DNA from: Macrostomum lignano
Lineage: Eukaryota
DNA: 64,000 nucleotides
Assembly: GCA_002269645.1 (NCBI GenBank)
Contig: NIVC01002775.1
Location: 77,445-141,444, forward strand
Direction of reading: 5' to 3'
Shown here in pieces: positions 57,958 through 64,000 of the stretch (position 1 is its first letter; the number at the start of each line of letters is the position of its first letter). The position numbers were made by a program, and so were the translations under genes. The notes under the pieces are model-generated. The model did no database searches and was not told the origin of the DNA. It saw only the letters and a program-made list of their open reading frames with translations.

Positions 57958-60932
57958 CTAGCGATTCCTGCTGATTCGCCAGCCGGAGCTCCAGCGGCTG
58001 GGGCAGCCGGGTTCGCGCTTCGGCTGCAGCAGCTGCTGTTGCTGCTGCCTCGGACTGCTCAAAGCTGAGTTGGTTTCGCTTCGAGAAGCAGCAGCGCCTG
58101 CAGCCGTTGCCGCGGGTCCTCGCATTGGCGCGTGCCGGCTGGAGAAGTTCAACTGCCGCTGCTGCTGTCGACTTTGCCGGCCGCCAACCGTCGCCGAATC
58201 GAAGCTGTCCCGGGTGTGCAACCGGGACAACCGGTCGAATTCCTGACGCCGGTGTCGGGCGGTTTCGTCTCCGTCTGGCTGGTGCCGATGGTGCTGATGT
58301 TGGTGCTGCTGGTGCTGCTGGTGCTGGTGCTGCTGGTGCTGGTGATTCGATGACTGGTGCTTTGATGAAGATTCGAGGCCCAGCAGCTCCAAACGAGTCT
58401 CTGAACTGGAACGCTTGCGGAATTTGGACTGACGCTGGAGCTGCTGGAGCTGCTGCTGCTGCTGCTGATGCTGCGCAGCAGCCGACGTAGCCGCCGCTGC
58501 CGTCGAAGCCAACGAATTCGCTGGCACCGCTCGCACCGGTCTCGCTGCCGGCGAAGACGATGCCGTTGTTGTTGATGCAGAAGATGCCGATGCGGACGCT
58601 GGAACTGACGAAGACGCGACTGTCGACACCAGCGGATGACGTGACTTGGACTCGGCTAGCGGATCGAATCCCGCCGGCAGCGGCTGCCGGCCCGACGTCC
58701 CCACCGACGCTGGCCGCCTGTTCATTCTGGCTGGCACCGGCGGCCGCTCCCGAGCAGGCGGCTTCGTCACCTCCTGGTAGGGCAGCTGCGGAGGCGGAAT
58801 TGGCTTTCTTTGAGGCTTCTGCGGCGGCTGCTGCTGCGGCGCCCTGGACCGCTGACTTCGAACCTGCCTTTTGATAGCGATATCGTACGGCGGCGGCTGC
58901 TGACGCTCAGGAATGTCAATGGGAGCTGCGGCTGCCGATCGACGATTGTCGTCAAGCTGCTGATCGCTGAGCTGCAGCCCGGAGTCCTTGGACAGGGAGG
59001 ACAGCGACAGCGGCTCGGCGGCGTCCATCGCGGTTGGCCTGACTCCGTCGAGACTCTCCGTGGAGGACAGGTGCTCGTCAGTCTGGCAGATGTGAGTCAC
59101 GAAATCGTTGAGAGCTCGTTCGTTCTGCCGGGGTCCGGCCAGATTTCGTCGAAATTGGTGATCAACAGCTCGATGAGTTTGTTGATGCGCTGCGCGTCCT
59201 GCTCCATGCTGGCCAGGTTGATGTCCTGCTGGTCCTGCTCCAGCACGGAGAACGAGACCGACCGGCCGATGTTCGCCGGGTTCATCTGGTTCTGCTCGTG
59301 ATTGCTGGCCACTCGACGCAGTGCAGTCATCAGCATGTGCAACAGGTGGGCATTCTGCGGATGCATCTGCTGGATGACGCTGCGGATTTCATCGGAAGCG
59401 GCCTTCGAGCTGAGCACGCCGTCCACTACGTCGCGTCCGATGCAGCTCCACTGGCCGAAGAGGTTCCTCTGCAGCAGGCAGCCGGGCAGGTTCCTGAGGT
59501 AGTGCTTCAACGCGTCGCCAATGCAGTGGTCGCCGAAGCTGTTGAGCTGCGGCAGATTGTCCGGCTTGGACAGATCGTACTGGCTCAGCAGCTGCAGCAC
59601 CTGGTTCTTCTCGCTCACCGAGCCCGGCTGCCGGAAAATTCCTTTGGTGGCGTAGCAGCGGTGGTAGATCTGCGCCAGAAGACACGTGACCGGACGCGAC
59701 ACCACGCCAGAGGGGAACAGCTCGGCCAGGGGCCGGCCGATTATTGGCGACGGCTCGCCGGACGAAGAGCCTCCACCGCTGATTCCGCCGCTGCTGCCGC
59801 CGCCCGACACTGTCAAAGCTTCCACTGAGGCCTGCCTGACCAGCAGCGACCGTCGGTTGCTGGAAATCCAGTTGCGAATTTTGCTGGGCACTTCAGACGC
59901 TCGACGGGACTGCTGCTGCTGGTGCTGGTGCTTCTTCTTCTTGCTGGTCGAGCACACCCCGGCAGAGCAGGCGTCCTGCGAATGCAGCGACAATCGAACC
60001 CGACAAGCTGTCGGCTGCTCAACGTCCAGATCCATCGAGTTCGACTCGTTCGGGCTGGTCGACGACGCCTCGGACATGACGCTGCCGCGCCGCCTCTCCG
60101 ACTTGTGCTGCTCGTGGATGTGGTACAGCACGGTGGCGAAGATGGACTCGCAGCCCACCATGCAGTGATTGCCGCTGGAGCCTTCCAGGCACAGCTGCGC
60201 TCTGAAGCTCGCATCGAGTTTAAACGCTGTTTTGCACTTTCGCGCCACATCGTTAGCCGTCTCGTACGGCTTGACCGTCAGCGTCTGGACGGCGGCACCG
60301 GATGATGAGGCGGCGTCCGCTCCACCGTACGATGGCGACGGCGGATCGACGTAGACCTGGATGCAGCTGGCCAGGCTGACCTGGCACTGCTCGCTCGGCT
60401 CGGCGTCCTCGCCGTAGAGTCGACGCAGCGTCTCCAGGTTGACCTTCTGGAAGGCCAGCAGGAAGCGCTCCTTCTCGCTGCTGGTGCCGAAAGTGACAAT
60501 CATGAGGTCAGTGTGCCAGCCTGCCAGCACCGCCAGGCTCTCGTCCTTGATCCGGTGGCTATCGCTGGGCACGTAGTCTGAGACGTTCCGTCTGACCCAA
60601 ACGTAGTAGACAAATATCTTGGCCTTGATCTTGTCCTTCTTCTTTAGCTTGAGCTGGTCGCCTTGGAGCTGCAGCACCCTGTTGGACGGATCCTGATCGA
60701 AGTGCACCGGCTGACCTTTGGAGGACTTTTTGCGCGAATGAACGTCAACCCGAGCCTCGAACAGGGTCTCGCCGGCGAGGTGTTCGTCCTCGGACGAGCT
60801 GACGCATTCGCCGCTGGAGTCGCGCAGCAATCTGGAGGCGCCGCTGCCGCCGAACGACTTGGAGAATGCAGGCGTCTGCAGGTACTGCAGCTGCTGCTGA
60901 TTCCGCCTGACTGTGACACCTGTGTCGTCCAT
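57958..60932 (-). CDS. ARHGAP20-like Rho GTPase-activating protein (PH-like, RA-like and RhoGAP domains, low-complexity tail), intronless, one frameshift near 59135
   Basis: IIGRPLAELF, GIFRQPGS (catalytic Arg), IGDALKHYLRNLPGCLL, NQMNPANIGRSV. The likely start is MDDTG (ATG 60932). ORF 59097..61085 overlaps ORF 57958..59100 in another frame. Confidence 0.82.
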
Positions 60933-62089
60933 ATTTGCGAGCTTTTGGATGCTATGCCATATGAAACTCAGGTAAACTAATAGAGTGGCACTGCTAGCTG
61001 GGAGCCGTGCGCAGCTAGCTATAGTGGTATGAGAAGATCGACCTGTTTCTTTGCCTGGCTTTATTTTAACCAACTGCACACACACTTACACACACAGGGC
61101 GAATTCGTCACCAGAGACCAAATCTGGTTCTACTCCGCTCAAGGTATAGTCATTCGCCTTCTGCAGGGGGGGCGGGGGTCACGGAGTGAGGGGAGGGGGA
61201 GGGGAGGGAGAGAGGGGGCAGAGTAGGCAGGAGAGTCGCAGTGCAGGTAAGAGAGAAATAGCCTGCGCCTTTGTGCGGCACAAATTCTCTCTCCTCTGCA
61301 GAAACGCGCCAGATTCTCTCAATAACCAGGTCGCCAGCTCGTGCATTCCGTCTCTCCTTACTGAACTAGCCCACCATGTAAAGGGCGCACACACCGCACA
61401 CACACATGCATAAGTGCCCTTCACCCCAGCACTTACCTCATATGTAGCTCAATATGTATATTGCCTTCCTGCTCCTAATTAGATTAAATGCGCAAAGCAA
61501 ACTGAGCCACGATATCTCTACAGCGAGCAAAGACAATAATATATATGGTCGCAGTTGAGACCTTGGGTGACTCTGCGCGCCGCGCTTAAACAGAAACCTA
61601 CTAGTAGTCCTTATTTGTTCGAATAAATAATATGAAGGCTCTATTGTCTTCAGAGCCATTCCACTGCCCTCGCAATGCAGATGGAAATTTTTCATTCAAG
61701 CTGAATGCAGACAGTGATGCAAAAAGGTATTTTGAAAAAAAAATTATGGCCCAATAAAGCTGCACTTTCTCTCATCTCTAACCGGAAATGTGTCCAGTGT
61801 CAGAACTAATGCCAAAACAATTCGCAATTTAATTTGGACACACAACAGATTAGATAACGAGAAAAAACTGGCTTAATTTAATTGTATGCTCACACAGCTT
61901 GTTGTTAAAAATAAAAATGACAAAATTTTGTGTCGGCAGTACACTGTAGAGAATATAGAAATGCCTCACAAGAGCTACTAAATAGACAATCGGAGTTCAA
62001 CTATGTAAATTATTGAACTGGAATGAACTCACTTAGGGTTGTAGCCAAATCTTTTTATTGAGGCGTCTTAGGTTGGGGCGCAGTTTCAT

Positions 62090-62575
62090 TTTAGGGGGTG
62101 CCATTCTATTTCAGGGGGCGCCAGTCCATTTCAGGGGGTGCCATTCCATTTCAGGGGGCGCCATTCCATTTCAGGGGCGCCATTTCATTTGGGGGCGCCA
62201 TTTCATTTAAATGGGGTGCCAGTTCATTTTATGGGGTGCCATTCGACTTCAGGAGGCGCCAGTCCATTTCAGGGGCGCCATTTCATTTCAGTGGGCGCCA
62301 TTCCATTTCAGGGGGGAATTTCATTTCAGGGGGCGCCATTCCATTTCAGGGGCGCCATTCCATTTCAGGGGTGCCAGTCCATTTCAGGGGGCGCCATTTC
62401 ATTTCAGGGGCGCCATTCCATTTCAAGAGGTGCCATTCCATTTCAAGGGGTGCAATTCCATTTCAGGGGCGCCATTTCATTTCAGGGGGCGCCATTCCAT
62501 TTCAGGGGGGGGGGGCAATTTCATTTCAGGGGGCGCCATTCCATTTCAGGGGGCGCCATTCCATTTCAGGGGGCA
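62090..62575. repeat. 19-20-bp minisatellite (ggggcgccattccatttca), possibly the interior of a MITE ending at ggctacgccattg (about 62668)
   Basis: About 24 copies read directly. The left MITE end is only weakly matched. Confidence 0.9.
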
Positions 62576-63389
62576 CCAGAGGCACTGCAATACTTGCACT
62601 AGGCCGTGCACTTTCACCAAGCAACAGGGGCGCGGCCTGCCCCTCCCCCCTCTCGGCTACGCCATTGAACCCAGCGCAGCTCAAGTAGTTGGAGACTTCA
62701 CCACTCCAGTGCTCCTGTGTGGGCGTACAGCACTTGAGTCAGCACCCACCCGGGTATCTTCCGACGCATTGATAAAATACACAGTATGCAAACGCACAGC
62801 TGCCTCAACTGCTACATGTACCTATTATGTAGCTAAGACAGACCTAAGCAATTATAAATGGAACAAAAACCCTCACACAAATATAAGTGCATCGCTACGG
62901 AGTGTGTAGCGAAAAAGCCCAAAGATGCGGCTCATTGCGATGCATTGAGCGAACTTTCCTATCCTAGTGGCAGAGTTGTTCTTAGAACTACGAGCTTGAA
63001 CACAGTAAGGCAACACAATACTGAGCTAAAAAAAATTGAAGTTCTAACGATGTCGTTAGGACTGAGTCATATGAGCTGTGCCTACAGAGAAGATGAGCGC
63101 GAATATTTACATTGATGAGCTAGCTGTCGCTATTCGAAAACTAAGGCAGCTGCTAAATGGCTGAGTGTTGTGTACACCGCAGGCTAATGCTGCGCAAACG
63201 GTATGACTAAGCACTGGCGTCATTGGGGCAACGATTGAAAGCAAGCGCAAGATGATTAAAGCAACAATGACAGGTGACTAATATAAATGAATATAACAGA
63301 TGACTAAACGAGGATGATAAAAGATTAAGCTAGAAAAGCAAGGATGATAGATGCCTCATCCAAGACGACAGATGATTAAGCAATTAAGA

Positions 63390-64000
63390 TAGATGACTAA
63401 GCGAGGATGATTGATAGATAACTAAGCGAGGATGATTGATAGATGACTAAGCGAGGATGATTGATGACTAAGCGAGGATGATAGATGACTAAGCGAGGAT
63501 GATAGATGACTAAGCGAGGATGATTGATAGATGACTAAGCGAGAATGATTGATAGATGACTAAGTGAGGATGATAGATGACTAAGCGAGGATGATTGATG
63601 ACTAAGAGAGGATGATTGATAGATGACTAAGCGAGGATGATTCATAGATGACTAAGCGAGGATGATTGATGGATGACTAAGCGAGGATGATTGATAGATG
63701 ACTAAGCGAGGATGATTGATAGATGACTAAGCGAGGATGATTCATAGATGACTAAGCGAGGATGATTGATAGATGACTAAGCGAGGATGATTCATAGACG
63801 ACTAAGCGAGGATGATTGATAGATGACTAAGCGAGGATGATTGATAGATGACTAAGCGAGGATGATTGATAGATGACTAAGCGAGGATGATTGATAGATG
63901 ACTAAGCGAGGATGATTGATAGATGACTAAGCGAGGATGATTCATAGATGACTAAGCGAGGATGATTGATAGATGACTAAGCGAGGATGATTGATAGATG
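63390..64000. repeat. 25-bp satellite (gatgactaagcgaggatgattgata) running off the window end
   Basis: Read directly, with 21-bp deletion variants. Confidence 0.95.

Noticed and set aside
58107-60980. Multiple + strand ORFs antisense to the RhoGAP gene, and similar antisense ORFs over the SLC26 and LINE sequences
   Set aside because: Shadow ORFs expected from GC-rich coding sequence, with no independent motifs.
62098-62909. GAPFHFRG repeat ORFs
   Set aside because: Translation of a 19-20-bp minisatellite.

Overview
Eukaryotic (animal) genomic DNA, not prokaryotic. It has GT-AG introns, GC-rich exons in AT-rich spacers and many minisatellites. The style resembles a free-living flatworm assembly such as Macrostomum, but that is inference only. 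Host genes: a ubiquitin-eL40 fusion (UBA52); a cluster of SLC26/SulP anion transporters (two 4-exon genes with STAS domains on +, two near-identical intronless STAS-less genes on -, and two duplicated 3' remnants); a 2-exon signal-peptide ISG12/IFI27-like gene; and an intronless PH-RA-RhoGAP (ARHGAP20-like) gene split by one frameshift. Most of the rest is nested mobile DNA: a 7.5 kb foldback element with an 8-bp TSD, three LOA-type RNase H LINE fragments, an RTE fragment, a Gypsy remnant interrupted by a MITE that is itself interrupted by a LINE, two head-to-tail non-autonomous Helitrons filled with different satellites, a 1.8 kb solo LTR, a tRNA-headed CORE-type SINE and two THAP-domain fragments. 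There is no CRISPR array and no rRNA. All calls come from manual reading without database searches, and repeat boundaries are approximate.
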